The notes beneath the pieces are model-generated. The model was not told where the DNA came from. It searched no databases and saw nothing but the letters and a program-made list of their open reading frames with translations. A DNA stretch of 56,159 nt, from contig JAFVYY010000053.1 in the NCBI GenBank assembly GCA_017508405.1, positions 1-56,159 on the forward strand. Direction: 5' to 3'. This DNA is from Clostridia bacterium (GTDB taxonomy: Bacteria; Bacillota; Clostridia; Oscillospirales; CAG-272). The first letter of the stretch is position 1. Each line of letters begins with the position of its first letter. Shown here one piece after another: positions 8,876-18,331 of this stretch. Made by a program: the position numbers and the translations under genes.

Positions 8876-10771
8876 ATGAAAGGTTTAATGGCACTTAAGG
8901 GACATACCAGACGCATTGTCCTTGCGGGAATTGATACTTTAGCATATGTTCTCATATGCTTAGCTTATCTTGGAATTGACTATTTATTCCTTGGCGAAGC
9001 TATTACTCATGTTGGAAGATACGTAATTAACTCTTTGATTCTGTTGGTTGTAATCAGCGCATTCAGAGTAATATTCAGAGCGTATACGAATATATGGCGT
9101 TATACGAACACAAGCGCATATTTGAATCTTGTAATAAGTGATATTGTAGGCGGTATTGTTGCATGGATTATCGTGTATTTTTCGATAGATAAGACTGCTA
9201 CAAACCATTTTATAGCGGTTACCTCAATAAACCTTATTTCTGCACTTACATCACGTTTTGCTTACCGTTTGTGGTATAAGAACGCTAAGAATTCCGATGT
9301 CAGCAATAATCATAAGATCCCCGTTGCCATCGTTGGTGCGGGACAGATCGGTGCGTTGCTTGCAAATGAGCTCTTGAATAATAAGAACTCAAGATACAAG
9401 CCCTTGTTCTTTATAGACAGAGATACTACAAAGATGGGTAGCTACGTTTCCGGTCTTAAGGTATACCCCGAGAACGAAAAGATAATTGATTTTATAAAGA
9501 GTCAGGTTGTCAGCGAGATCTTTATTGCTCTTACCAATTTAGATGGTGAGGCTTTGGCGGCGCTTCATCAATTTTACAGCAAAACAAATTGCCGCCTTAA
9601 AATTTATGAAACTCCCGTTAAGGACATAGACGGTAACGAGGACTTGGCACCGAAAAGAACTATTCGTGAGTTCCAGATCGAGGACCTTCTTTTCAGAAGA
9701 AGGGTTGATGTTGTAAATAAGAAAACTCTTGATTATTATACAGGAAAAACCGTTCTTATTACAGGCGGTGGCGGATCTATCGGTAGTGAAATTTGCCGTC
9801 AGGTTGCAAAATGTCAGCCTAAAAAGCTAATTATTTTCGATATTTACGAAAACAATGCGTATGATATACAGCAGGAGCTTGTAAGAAGGTATGGAGATAA
9901 GCTTGATTTAGCCGTTGAAATCGGTTCTGTAAGAGACAGAGTAAGACTTGACTGTGTGTTTGAAGCGTATAAACCGGAAATTGTATTCCACGCTGCCGCT
10001 CATAAACACGTACCTCTTATGGAGCATAGCGGATGCGAGGCTGTTAAGAACAACGTAAGAGGCACGTATAATACCGCAGATATGGCTGAAAAGCACGGAG
10101 TTGAGAAATTTATATTGATTTCTACCGATAAAGCAGTTAACCCGACTAATATTATGGGTGCGTCAAAGCGTCTTTGTGAAATGGTCGTTCAATGCAGAAC
10201 TGACAGTAAAACGAGCTTTGCAGCTGTTAGATTCGGTAACGTTCTCGGCTCTAACGGTTCAGTAATTCCGCTGTTCAGACGACAGATTGCAAACGGCGGT
10301 CCCGTAACTATTACGGATAAGAGAATCACAAGATTCTTTATGACCATTCCCGAAGCGAGCCAGCTTGTTATGCAGGCAGGCGCAATGGCTAAAAACGGAG
10401 AGCTCTTTGTTCTCGATATGGGTAAATCAATAAAGATTTATGATCTTGCCGTTAATATGATCAAGCTTTCGGGCTTCGAGCCTAACGTTGATATTCAGAT
10501 AAGAGAAATCGGTCTGCGCCCGGGTGAAAAGCTTTACGAGGAGCTTCTTATGAAGACGGAAACTCTTACAAAAACCGAAAACAATAAGATATTTGTTGAA
10601 AAGGATACTCCTTATACGAGAGACGAGGTTGAAGAAAAGCTTGCAATTCTTGATAAGGCAGTTGAACAGTTTAATGAAGAATCCGTTGATTCCACAGCGG
10701 TTAAGGAGGCAATACGTAAGGTCGTACCTACCTTCCACGATCCCGAAGAGCTTAATAAGGATGTAAAATAA
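8876..10771 (+). CDS. Membrane-anchored nucleotide-sugar 4,6-dehydratase/epimerase (CapD / PglF / WbpM family)
   Basis: About 4 N-terminal TM segments. Rossmann motifs VGAGQIG and TGGGGSIGSE. The STDKAVNPTNIMGASKR block is typical of CapD-type polysaccharide biosynthesis proteins. Confidence 0.85.
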   Translation: MKGLMALKGHTRRIVLAGIDTLAYVLICLAYLGIDYLFLGEAITHVGRYVINSLILLVVISAFRVIFRAYTNIWRYTNTSAYLNLVISDIVGGIVAWIIVYFSIDKTATNHFIAVTSINLISALTSRFAYRLWYKNAKNSDVSNNHKIPVAIVGAGQIGALLANELLNNKNSRYKPLFFIDRDTTKMGSYVSGLKVYPENEKIIDFIKSQVVSEIFIALTNLDGEALAALHQFYSKTNCRLKIYETPVKDIDGNEDLAPKRTIREFQIEDLLFRRRVDVVNKKTLDYYTGKTVLITGGGGSIGSEICRQVAKCQPKKLIIFDIYENNAYDIQQELVRRYGDKLDLAVEIGSVRDRVRLDCVFEAYKPEIVFHAAAHKHVPLMEHSGCEAVKNNVRGTYNTADMAEKHGVEKFILISTDKAVNPTNIMGASKRLCEMVVQCRTDSKTSFAAVRFGNVLGSNGSVIPLFRRQIANGGPVTITDKRITRFFMTIPEASQLVMQAGAMAKNGELFVLDMGKSIKIYDLAVNMIKLSGFEPNVDIQIREIGLRPGEKLYEELLMKTETLTKTENNKIFVEKDTPYTRDEVEEKLAILDKAVEQFNEESVDSTAVKEAIRKVVPTFHDPEELNKDVK

Positions 10772-10780
10772 TGTAATAAA

Positions 10781-10822
10781 ACGCTCTTATACCTATTAAA
10801 ATGGTATGAGAGCGTTTTTTTA
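10781..10822 (+). terminator. Rho-independent terminator
   Basis: 13-bp stem ACGCTCTTATACC / GGTATGAGAGCGT followed by TTTTTTT. Confidence 0.85.
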
Positions 10823-10881
10823 GTTATAAAAATTGAAAAACAGCTCAAATTAAAACTATAATATATTTTAGGAGAGCTATT

Positions 10882-12711
10882 ATGTGTGGAATTGTTGGAG
10901 CTGTGGGAGATGAAAAAATCATTCCCGTATTGTTAACAGGACTTTCAAAGCTGGAATACAGGGGCTATGACTCGGCAGGTATAGCTGTAATGGATGACAA
11001 CGGAATAAGCGTTTTAAAATCAAAGGGACGTTTAAGTGTCCTTTCGGAAAAATGCTCCGGTGTAAGCTTTTACGGAAGCTGCGGAATCGGGCATACAAGA
11101 TGGGCAACGCATGGAGAACCGTCGGAAGCAAATGCTCATCCTCATCTGAGTAATGACGGAACTGTAGTATGCGTTCATAACGGAATAATAGAAAATTATA
11201 AAGAAATAAAAGAAAAATTAATCAAACGCGGGTATAATTTTTATTCTTCAACAGATACTGAGGCTGCGGTTAATTTGATAGATTACTACTATAAACAGTG
11301 TAAGGATCCGATAGGAGCAATATCGGGAGCTATGGCGGGAATTAAGGGCTCATATGCCTTTGCAATTATGTTTAAGGACCGCTTTGACAAGGTTTATATT
11401 GCAAGGAAGGACAGTCCGCTTATAGTAGGTGTAACGGATGGAAAAAGCTATATTGCATCCGATGTTCCCGCCATACTCGGTTATACACGAAACGTATATT
11501 ATATAGGAAATTATGAGCTTGCAGAGGTTAGCGCAGGACATGTAAGATTCTATAATTCCGATTGTGAAGAGATCAAGAAGGATATAACGGAAATAAAATG
11601 GAATGCGGAAGAAGCTGAGCTTGGCGGATTTGAGCATTTTATGATAAAGGAGATTCACGAACAGCCTGAATCCATACAAAAAACAATAAATGTCTATATT
11701 AAAGAAAATAATATAGACTTTTCCGATTGCGGAATAACGGATGAAACGTTAGAGGAAATTCGCAGTATAAAAATTATAGGATGCGGTTCGGCATATCATG
11801 TAGGTGTAGTAGGACAGTATATTATTGAAAAGCTTTGTGACGTACCCGTAAGAGTTGACTATGCATCCGAATACAGGTACAGAGCGCAAATTCACGGAGA
11901 AAATGAGCTTGTTATAGTCATAAGTCAATCGGGAGAGACGGCAGATACGTTGTTTGCCATGAGAAACGCTAAAGAAAAGGGAGTAAAAACACTTGCAATT
12001 GTTAATGCGGTCGGATCATCAATAGCAAGAGAGGCTGATTATACTCTCTATACTATGGCAGGACCGGAAATAGCCGTAGCTACAACAAAAGCGTATACGG
12101 CACAAATTGCGGTTTGTCAGCTTATAGCAATCGAGCTTGCAAGGGTGAAAAAGAAAATTAATTTGTCTAAATATATATATCTGATAGATGAAATAAGATC
12201 CTTACCCGAAAAAATAAACAGAATTCTTAATGATAAGGAAAGAATCCAGTGGTTTGCGTCGAAATTTGCAGGTGTAAAGGATGCATTTATGATTGGCAGA
12301 GAGCTTGACTTTGCCATATGCCTTGAGGGAAGTCTTAAGATGAAGGAAATAAGCTATATTCACTCTGAGGCCTATGCGGCAGGCGAGCTTAAGCACGGTA
12401 CAATAAGCCTTGTTGAAAAGGGGACTCTTGTTATCGGAGTTCTTACGCAAAGTAACGTATATGAAAAGACCTTGAGTAATTTGATTGAGGTTCAATCACG
12501 GGGGGCATACATCATGAGTCTTACCTTTTTGGGTAATTATAATATTGAGGATCATTGTAATTTTACGGTTTACATTCCCAAAGCTGATGAGCTGTTTGCC
12601 CCCATTCTTGCCGCTGTGCCGCTTCAGCTTTTAGGATACTATATAAGCGTTGCGAGGGGACTTGATGTGGATAAGCCTCGAAATCTTGCAAAAAGTGTTA
12701 CAGTAGAGTAA
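10882..12711 (+). CDS. glmS: Glutamine--fructose-6-phosphate aminotransferase (isomerizing)
   Basis: N-terminal MCGIVG with nucleophile Cys2, two SIS domains, C-terminal KSVTVE. Length 609 aa. Confidence 0.95.
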   Translation: MCGIVGAVGDEKIIPVLLTGLSKLEYRGYDSAGIAVMDDNGISVLKSKGRLSVLSEKCSGVSFYGSCGIGHTRWATHGEPSEANAHPHLSNDGTVVCVHNGIIENYKEIKEKLIKRGYNFYSSTDTEAAVNLIDYYYKQCKDPIGAISGAMAGIKGSYAFAIMFKDRFDKVYIARKDSPLIVGVTDGKSYIASDVPAILGYTRNVYYIGNYELAEVSAGHVRFYNSDCEEIKKDITEIKWNAEEAELGGFEHFMIKEIHEQPESIQKTINVYIKENNIDFSDCGITDETLEEIRSIKIIGCGSAYHVGVVGQYIIEKLCDVPVRVDYASEYRYRAQIHGENELVIVISQSGETADTLFAMRNAKEKGVKTLAIVNAVGSSIAREADYTLYTMAGPEIAVATTKAYTAQIAVCQLIAIELARVKKKINLSKYIYLIDEIRSLPEKINRILNDKERIQWFASKFAGVKDAFMIGRELDFAICLEGSLKMKEISYIHSEAYAAGELKHGTISLVEKGTLVIGVLTQSNVYEKTLSNLIEVQSRGAYIMSLTFLGNYNIEDHCNFTVYIPKADELFAPILAAVPLQLLGYYISVARGLDVDKPRNLAKSVTVE

Positions 12712-12897
12712 TATTTCCTCGGCAATAAAATTGCCTGATTTGTCTCCATATTCGGAATTTTATACTCATTTTGTCTGTAGATTAAAAATCATTACAAATG
12801 AACAAATTAGCAAATGAACATTCGTAATATATAAATTACACTTTTCTATCGAAAATTGACTTATTTTAAGAAAAATGAAGGAAATTTAATTTTTTTC

Positions 12898-12926
12898 TTG
12901 ACAAGAATAAAAATATGTGATAACAT
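12898..12926 (+). promoter_or_regulatory. Sigma-A type promoter of the L-box/dapA operon
   Basis: TTGACA at 12898-12903, 17-nt spacer, TAACAT at 12921-12926. It lies immediately upstream of the riboswitch P1 stem. Confidence 0.5.
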
Positions 12927-12930
12927 AAGA

Positions 12931-13095
12931 GCATCATAGAGGCGCATTTAGATAATAGTAGGTTTATTCGTTAACCCAGTGCGAATGGGTTGGATATGCT
13001 GAAAGGGTCGAATGCCGAAAGTTTGGGTCGCATCCATTCTTGGTTCTTCAAATAATATTTGCTGAACTGTCGTATTTTTACGGAGAGCTATGTGT
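12931..13095 (+). promoter_or_regulatory. Lysine riboswitch (L-box) aptamer
   Basis: P1 is CATAG (12933-12937) pairing with CTATG (about 13088-13092). Conserved blocks present are AGAGGCGC, CTGAAAGGG, AATGCCGAAAG, GAACTGTC and GGAGAGCT. It lies upstream of dapA-dapB-lysA. Confidence 0.88.
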
Positions 13096-13150
13096 TTTAG
13101 TTTTTTATAGGCACCGCTGTTTTTGGTATGCCTGTATTATGCTATATCAC

Positions 13151-13179
13151 AGCGCTCGAGGTATTTCGAGCGCTTTTTA
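13151..13179 (+). terminator. Riboswitch expression-platform terminator
   Basis: Stem GCGCTCGA (13152-13159) / TCGAGCGC (13166-13173) followed by TTTTT, 32 nt before the dapA ATG. Confidence 0.8.
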
Positions 13180-13210
13180 TATGTAATTAGATGAAAGTGA
13201 GGATATAATA

Positions 13211-14101
13211 ATGAAGAAAACAATTTTTGAAGGCGCAGCAACCGCCCTTATCACACCCTTTGACACTAACGGAAAAATAGATTATAAGAAATTTGCGGAG
13301 CTTGTAGAGTTCCAAATAAACGAGGGCATTAATGCGCTCGTAGTGTGCGGCACAACAGGTGAAGCATCAACACTTACCGATGACGAGCATAAGGACGCTA
13401 TCAAGTTCGTTGTTGAGCAGGCTGCCGGCAGAGTTCCCGTAATTGCGGGTACAGGAAGTAATGATACCGAATATGCTATTTGGCTTACAAAATATGCTTG
13501 TGAGGTTGGCGCTGACGCAGTACTTGTGGTTACTCCTTATTATAATAAGGCAACGCAGAAGGGTCTTATTCGTATGTATACGGAAATCGCAGATGCTTCA
13601 ACTAAGCCCGTGATTCTTTATAACGTTCCCTCAAGAACCGGAGTTTCCATTGAGCCTTCAACATATTTGGCTCTTGCAGATCATCCCAACATAGTTGCTA
13701 TTAAGGAGGCAAACGGAAATATCAGTAAGATTGCTGAAACTATGGCGCTTGTTGGCGATAAGCTTGATGTTTACAGTGGTAATGACGACCAGATCGTTCC
13801 TATAATGTCCTTGGGCGGCAAGGGTGTTATCTCCGTTTTGTCAAACGTATTGCCTAAAAAGACCGTTGAAATATGCGATAAATTCTTCAGCGGTGACGTT
13901 AAGGGCAGCTGTAAGCTTCAGCTTGATCTTCTTCCTTTGATAAACGCACTTTTCTGTGAGGTTAATCCCGTTCCCGTTAAGGCTGCTATGGCTCATATGG
14001 GTTATACGGAAAATAATCTTCGTTCTCCTCTTTATCCTATGGAGGAGGCGAACGAGCAGAAGCTTCTTAACGCTATGAGAGCACAGGGTATAAACGTATG
14101 A
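13211..14101 (+). CDS. dapA: 4-hydroxy-tetrahydrodipicolinate synthase
   Basis: TALITPF, GTTGE and the YNVPSRTG motif. Length 296 aa. Under L-box control. Confidence 0.95.
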   Translation: MKKTIFEGAATALITPFDTNGKIDYKKFAELVEFQINEGINALVVCGTTGEASTLTDDEHKDAIKFVVEQAAGRVPVIAGTGSNDTEYAIWLTKYACEVGADAVLVVTPYYNKATQKGLIRMYTEIADASTKPVILYNVPSRTGVSIEPSTYLALADHPNIVAIKEANGNISKIAETMALVGDKLDVYSGNDDQIVPIMSLGGKGVISVLSNVLPKKTVEICDKFFSGDVKGSCKLQLDLLPLINALFCEVNPVPVKAAMAHMGYTENNLRSPLYPMEEANEQKLLNAMRAQGINV

Positions 14102-14835
14102 AAATAATCCTCGTAGGCGCAAAGGGAATTATGGGCGGCCACGTTATAAACGCCGCAAATAAAGAGGGATACGAGATATCCGCCCTTGTTGACTTGAAAT
14201 GTAACCCTGATGTAAAGGGCGAATATACAAAAATTTCCGACGTTTCCGAAAAGGCGGATGTAATAATCGACTTTTCCTTTCACGGTCTTGTTAAGGAAAT
14301 TACAGATTATGCAGTGCAAACGGGTACCCCTATAATTGTTGCTACAACAGGACACACGGATGATGAAAGAAAAGTAATAAACGAGGCTTCAAAAAAGGTA
14401 GCGGTATTTTATTCGGGTAACATGTCTGTGGGAATTGCAACTCTTTGTGACGTTGTTAAGCGTGTAGTATCCGTATTTCCGAACGCTGACGTTGAAATCA
14501 TTGAAACACATCATAAAAGAAAGCTTGACGCTCCCAGCGGAACAGCTAAAATGCTCTTTAACTCCGTAAAGGAGATTAGGGAGAATGCTTATGCCCATTA
14601 CGGCAGAAGCGGTAATTGTAAGAGAGAAAAGAACGAAATAGGAATCAACTCCGTAAGAGTTGGTAATATTGTAGGTATTCATGAGGTTATTATTGGAACT
14701 GATACAGAACAGATAACCTTGAAGCATGAGGCGTTTGACAGAGCATTGTTTGCTGACGGTGCTATTAAAGCAGCAGAATTTATGGCAGGAAAGAATGCGG
14801 GATTTTATACAATGACGGAGCTTTTAAAGAGCTGA
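14098..14835 (+). CDS. dapB: 4-hydroxy-tetrahydrodipicolinate reductase
   Basis: ATGA overlap with dapA. N-terminal GAKG(I)MG Rossmann motif and the EIIETHHKRKLDAPSGTA motif. Confidence 0.92.
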   Translation: MKIILVGAKGIMGGHVINAANKEGYEISALVDLKCNPDVKGEYTKISDVSEKADVIIDFSFHGLVKEITDYAVQTGTPIIVATTGHTDDERKVINEASKKVAVFYSGNMSVGIATLCDVVKRVVSVFPNADVEIIETHHKRKLDAPSGTAKMLFNSVKEIRENAYAHYGRSGNCKREKNEIGINSVRVGNIVGIHEVIIGTDTEQITLKHEAFDRALFADGAIKAAEFMAGKNAGFYTMTELLKS

Positions 14836-14847
14836 CAAGAGGTAATT

Positions 14848-16143
14848 ATGCTACACGAAAATTTATCGGTAAATGAAAGGGGACACCTTTGTATAGCCGG
14901 CAGAGATACTGTTGAGCTTGCTGAAAAATACGGCACACCCTTAATGGTAATGGATGAAAGCAGAGTAAGACGGAATATGCGTATTTATAATAACGCAATG
15001 AAGAAATATTTCGGCGAAAAATCTTTTCCTCTGTTTGCAAGCAAGTCCTTTTCATGTAAATATATATACCGTATAGCAAAAGAGGAGAAAATGGGTATTG
15101 ACCTTGTTTCCTCCGGTGAGCTATATACAGCGCTTCAAGAGGATTTTGACGTATCAAGAGCCTTTCTTCACGGTAATAACAAAACGGATTTCGATATAAA
15201 TTATGCAATGGATTCCGGTGTTGGATATTTTGTTGTGGACAACCTTACGGAGCTTGACAGAATAGATTCTGTAGCGTGCGAAAAGGGTATTACGCAAAAG
15301 ATTATACTCCGCCTGACACCGGGCATTGATCCTCATACTCACGCCGCAATAGTAACGGGCAGAGTAGACAGTAAGTTCGGCATCGCAATTGAAACAGGAC
15401 AAGCTGATTACGCTGTTGAATACACCCTTAAAAAGAAAAATGTCCGACTCTGTGGCTTTCATTGTCACATTGGCTCGCAAATTTTTGATATTAAAACTTT
15501 TTGCGATGCTGCTGAAATTATGATTAAATATATTTCCCACGTAAAGAGTAAATTCGGATACGGGGTCGAGGTTTTAAACCTTGGCGGCGGCTTTGGAGTA
15601 AAATATATTGAAAGTCAGCCTGAGCTTGATTACGAGGAGTTTATAAGACTTATTTCGCAGTTTATACATAACGAGGTTGAAAGAAGCGGTATTGCAATGC
15701 CCACCGTCGTTATGGAGCCCGGCAGAAGCATAGTGGCAGATTCGACCCTTACTCTTTATACGGTAGGCGGTACTAAGGAAATACCCGGATTTAAAAACTA
15801 CGTGTCCGTTGACGGCGGTATGCCCGATAATCCAAGATACGCTCTATATCAGTCGGATTATACCGTATGCCTTGCATCAAATATGAACAAAAAGGCAGAT
15901 TTTGAGTGTACCGTTGCAGGCAGATGCTGTGAAAGCGGAGATCTATTGCAGGAAAACGTTATAATTCCCAAGCCTGAACGAGGAGATATTTTATCCGTGC
16001 TCGTAACGGGAGCTTATAATTATTCAATGGCAAGTAATTATAATAGAATTCCTCGCCCCTGTGTCGTTGGAATTGCGGATGGTAAGGATTTTACTGTAAT
16101 CAGAAGAGAAACCTTTGAGGATCTTATCAAGAATGATGTATAA
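14848..16143 (+). CDS. lysA: Diaminopimelate decarboxylase
   Basis: PLP fold-III decarboxylase. The FASK lysine motif, GGGFG, the EPGRSIVA block and the CESGD motif are present. Confidence 0.93.
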   Translation: MLHENLSVNERGHLCIAGRDTVELAEKYGTPLMVMDESRVRRNMRIYNNAMKKYFGEKSFPLFASKSFSCKYIYRIAKEEKMGIDLVSSGELYTALQEDFDVSRAFLHGNNKTDFDINYAMDSGVGYFVVDNLTELDRIDSVACEKGITQKIILRLTPGIDPHTHAAIVTGRVDSKFGIAIETGQADYAVEYTLKKKNVRLCGFHCHIGSQIFDIKTFCDAAEIMIKYISHVKSKFGYGVEVLNLGGGFGVKYIESQPELDYEEFIRLISQFIHNEVERSGIAMPTVVMEPGRSIVADSTLTLYTVGGTKEIPGFKNYVSVDGGMPDNPRYALYQSDYTVCLASNMNKKADFECTVAGRCCESGDLLQENVIIPKPERGDILSVLVTGAYNYSMASNYNRIPRPCVVGIADGKDFTVIRRETFEDLIKNDV

Positions 16144-16149
16144 TATAAA

Positions 16150-16186
16150 ATGAGAAGCAATTTTTACGTTGCTTCTCATTTTTTTG
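16150..16186 (+). terminator. Rho-independent terminator of the dap/lys operon
   Basis: Stem ATGAGAAGCAA / TTGCTTCTCAT followed by TTTTTTT. Confidence 0.85.
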
Positions 16187-16198
16187 TTATAAAAAAGC

Positions 16199-16231
16199 AT
16201 AAACGGTGCGGATTATTCCGCACCGTTTTAA
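16199..16231. terminator. Hairpin terminator serving thrS (minus strand)
   Basis: Stem AAACGGTGCGG / CCGCACCGTTT. T tracts follow on both strands. Confidence 0.75.
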
Positions 16232-16233
16232 TA

Positions 16234-18000
16234 TTAAACTCTTTCCTTTGTTTCGCGAACGATCTTTTCGATAAATTCTTCGATAGTCATTGTTTCGGTT
16301 TGAGCTGTGTCACGGTAACGGATAGAAACAGTATTTGTTTCAACCTCTTTCTGACCGATAATAACCATGTAGGGAACACGGTCAACCATCTGAGCCTCAC
16401 GAATCATATAACCGATCTTTTCGTTTCTGTTATCAAGCTCACAGCGAATACCGTTTGCACGGAGAGCTTCATAAACCTTATCAGCAAGCTCAGCGCTCTT
16501 TTCGGAAACAAGAAGAACCTTAGCCTGAACGGGAGCGAGCCATACGGGGAACTTACCGGCAAAGTGCTCTGTAAGTATACCGATAAATCTTTCGATTGAA
16601 CCGAAGCATACGCGGTGAATCATTATAGGACGCTGCTTTTCGTTATTCTCGTCTGTATACTCAAGACCGAAATTAAGAGGCATCTGGAAGTCGAGCTGAA
16701 TCGTTCCGCACTGCCATGTTCTGCCAATGCTGTCTTCAAGATGGAAGTCGATCTTAGGACCGTAGAAAGCGCCGTCGCCTTCGTTTACGATATAGTCAAG
16801 ACCAAGCTTTTCAAGAGCGTTCTTAAGACCGTTTGTAGCAGCCTCCCAGTCCTCATCGCTACCCATAGAGTTTTCAGGACGTGTGGAAAGCTCAATGAAA
16901 TACTTGAAGCCAAACTTAGTGTATACCTCGTTGATAAGGTGAACTACACCCATGATTTCGTCAGTGATCTGCTCACGGCGCATAAAAATGTGGGCATCAT
17001 CCTGAGTGAAGCAACGAACACGGAAAAGACCGTGAAGAGCACCCTTAAGCTCGTGACGGTGTACCATACCAAGCTCACCTACACGCATAGGAAGCTCACG
17101 GTAGGAGTGGGGCTTGCTTCTGTATACCATAACTCCGCCGGGGCAGTTCATAGGCTTAATGCAGTATGTTTCGTCATCAATGAGAGTCGAGTACATATTA
17201 TCCTTATAGTGATCCCAGTGACCGCTCGTTTCCCAGAGCTTGCGGTTCATAATAAGGGGAGTCTGTACTTCAACGTAGTTATCTCTTGTGTGAATTTCAC
17301 GCCAGTAATCAATAAGTGTATTTTTGAGTGCCATACCCTTGGGAAGGAAGAACGGGAATCCGGGACCTTCCTCGCAAAGCATAAAGAGATTCATTTCCTT
17401 ACCGATCTTACGATGGTCACGTCTTTCAGCCTCTTCCATAAGCTTGTTGTATGCCTCAAGCTCCTCCTGAGAAGAGAATGCTACACCGTTGATTCTTGTA
17501 AGCATCTTATTGTTCTTATCGTTTTTCCAGTAAGCGCCGGACTGCTGTGTGATCTTGAAAGCCTTGAGCGCCTTTGTATAGCAGATATGGGGACCTACGC
17601 ACATATCAACGTAGTCACCCTGCTGATAGAAGCTGATGATCGCATCCTCCGCAAGGTCGCCGATATGCTCAACCTTGTATTTTTCTCCACGGCTCTCCAT
17701 AAGAGCAACAGCTTCATCTCTGGGAAGAATGTAAGGCTTGATAGGAAGATTTTCCTTAACTATCTTACGCATCTCCTTTTCAATATTTGCAAGATCCTCG
17801 TCGGTAAGCTTTTTGTCGCCGAGGTCTACGTCATAGTAGAATCCCTTTTCAGTAGCGGGACCGTAAGCGAATATGGCTTCGGGGAAAAGACGTCTTATAG
17901 CTTGAGCCATAATGTGTGCGGCAGAGTGACGAAGGACGTGAAGCTCTTCTTCCTTGCTTTCACATTCTCTTACAACGCCGTCGTTCATAATAATTTTCAT
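16234..18000 (-). CDS. thrS: Threonine--tRNA ligase (short form, most of the TGS domain absent)
   Basis: HSAAHIMAQA editing-domain motif, class II catalytic core (RVRCFTQDDAHIF, GPKIDF) and a C-terminal anticodon-binding domain. Preceded by a Thr T-box. Confidence 0.95.
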   Translation of the reverse strand: MKIIMNDGVVRECESKEEELHVLRHSAAHIMAQAIRRLFPEAIFAYGPATEKGFYYDVDLGDKKLTDEDLANIEKEMRKIVKENLPIKPYILPRDEAVALMESRGEKYKVEHIGDLAEDAIISFYQQGDYVDMCVGPHICYTKALKAFKITQQSGAYWKNDKNNKMLTRINGVAFSSQEELEAYNKLMEEAERRDHRKIGKEMNLFMLCEEGPGFPFFLPKGMALKNTLIDYWREIHTRDNYVEVQTPLIMNRKLWETSGHWDHYKDNMYSTLIDDETYCIKPMNCPGGVMVYRSKPHSYRELPMRVGELGMVHRHELKGALHGLFRVRCFTQDDAHIFMRREQITDEIMGVVHLINEVYTKFGFKYFIELSTRPENSMGSDEDWEAATNGLKNALEKLGLDYIVNEGDGAFYGPKIDFHLEDSIGRTWQCGTIQLDFQMPLNFGLEYTDENNEKQRPIMIHRVCFGSIERFIGILTEHFAGKFPVWLAPVQAKVLLVSEKSAELADKVYEALRANGIRCELDNRNEKIGYMIREAQMVDRVPYMVIIGQKEVETNTVSIRYRDTAQTETMTIEEFIEKIVRETKERV

Positions 18001-18039
18001 AGTGATATCTCCTTTATGTGAACATAAATTTTACAAAAT

Positions 18040-18250
18040 AAAAAAACCTCACAGGCAAAAAGCCCGTAAGGGTGCATAGCACGGTTCCACCTTAGGTTTA
18101 ACTCAAAATCCTTAACGCGGAAAACGGCAAGGCTTGTTACTGCCTGCAGCTCGGGAGTGGTCTTCATAATCGGGATAATAACGGCTCACACCAAATGCCG
18201 TCTCTCTGAAATTAACCGAAAATTACTCTTTCCGTCAATGCCTTTAAAAT
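18040..18250 (-). promoter_or_regulatory. T-box leader, threonine specifier ACC
   Basis: On the minus strand: GA/K-turn (AGAGTAA), the AGAGA motif, specifier loop GAAGACCA with ACC at 18161-18159, and T-box AAGGTGGAACCGTG. Then terminator CCTTACGGGC / GCCTGTGAGG plus TTTTTTT (about 18046-18080). Confidence 0.88.
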
Positions 18251-18257
18251 CGTAAAT

Positions 18258-18286
18258 ATTATATCACCTACCATTATAATTGTCAA
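18258..18286 (-). promoter_or_regulatory. Perfect sigma-A consensus promoter of thrS
   Basis: On the minus strand: TTGACA (18286-18281), 17-nt spacer, TATAAT (18263-18258). Confidence 0.75.
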
Positions 18287-18299
18287 GGACAAAATATAA

Positions 18300-18331
18300 A
18301 ATAATAAGGGACGGATAAAATTTCCGTCCCG
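18300..18331 (-). terminator. Rho-independent terminator of the upstream minus-strand transporter gene
   Basis: Stem GGGACGGA (18308-18315) / TCCGTCCC (18323-18330). A T-rich tract follows on the minus strand. Confidence 0.75.

Noticed and set aside
10772-10881. Expected a glmS ribozyme upstream of glmS, as in many Firmicutes
   Set aside because: Only about 110 nt separate the upstream stop from the glmS ATG. They are filled by a terminator hairpin and a promoter. No ribozyme core sequence is visible and there is no room for a structure of about 170 nt.
16615-18021. A 468-aa ORF on the plus strand, with the 149-aa ORF at 16150-16599 before it
   Set aside because: It is entirely antisense to the well-supported thrS gene. 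It has no RBS or promoter, and its composition (Leu/Val/Ser-rich, many Cys/His) is typical of a shadow ORF. The 16150 ORF also runs through two terminator hairpins.
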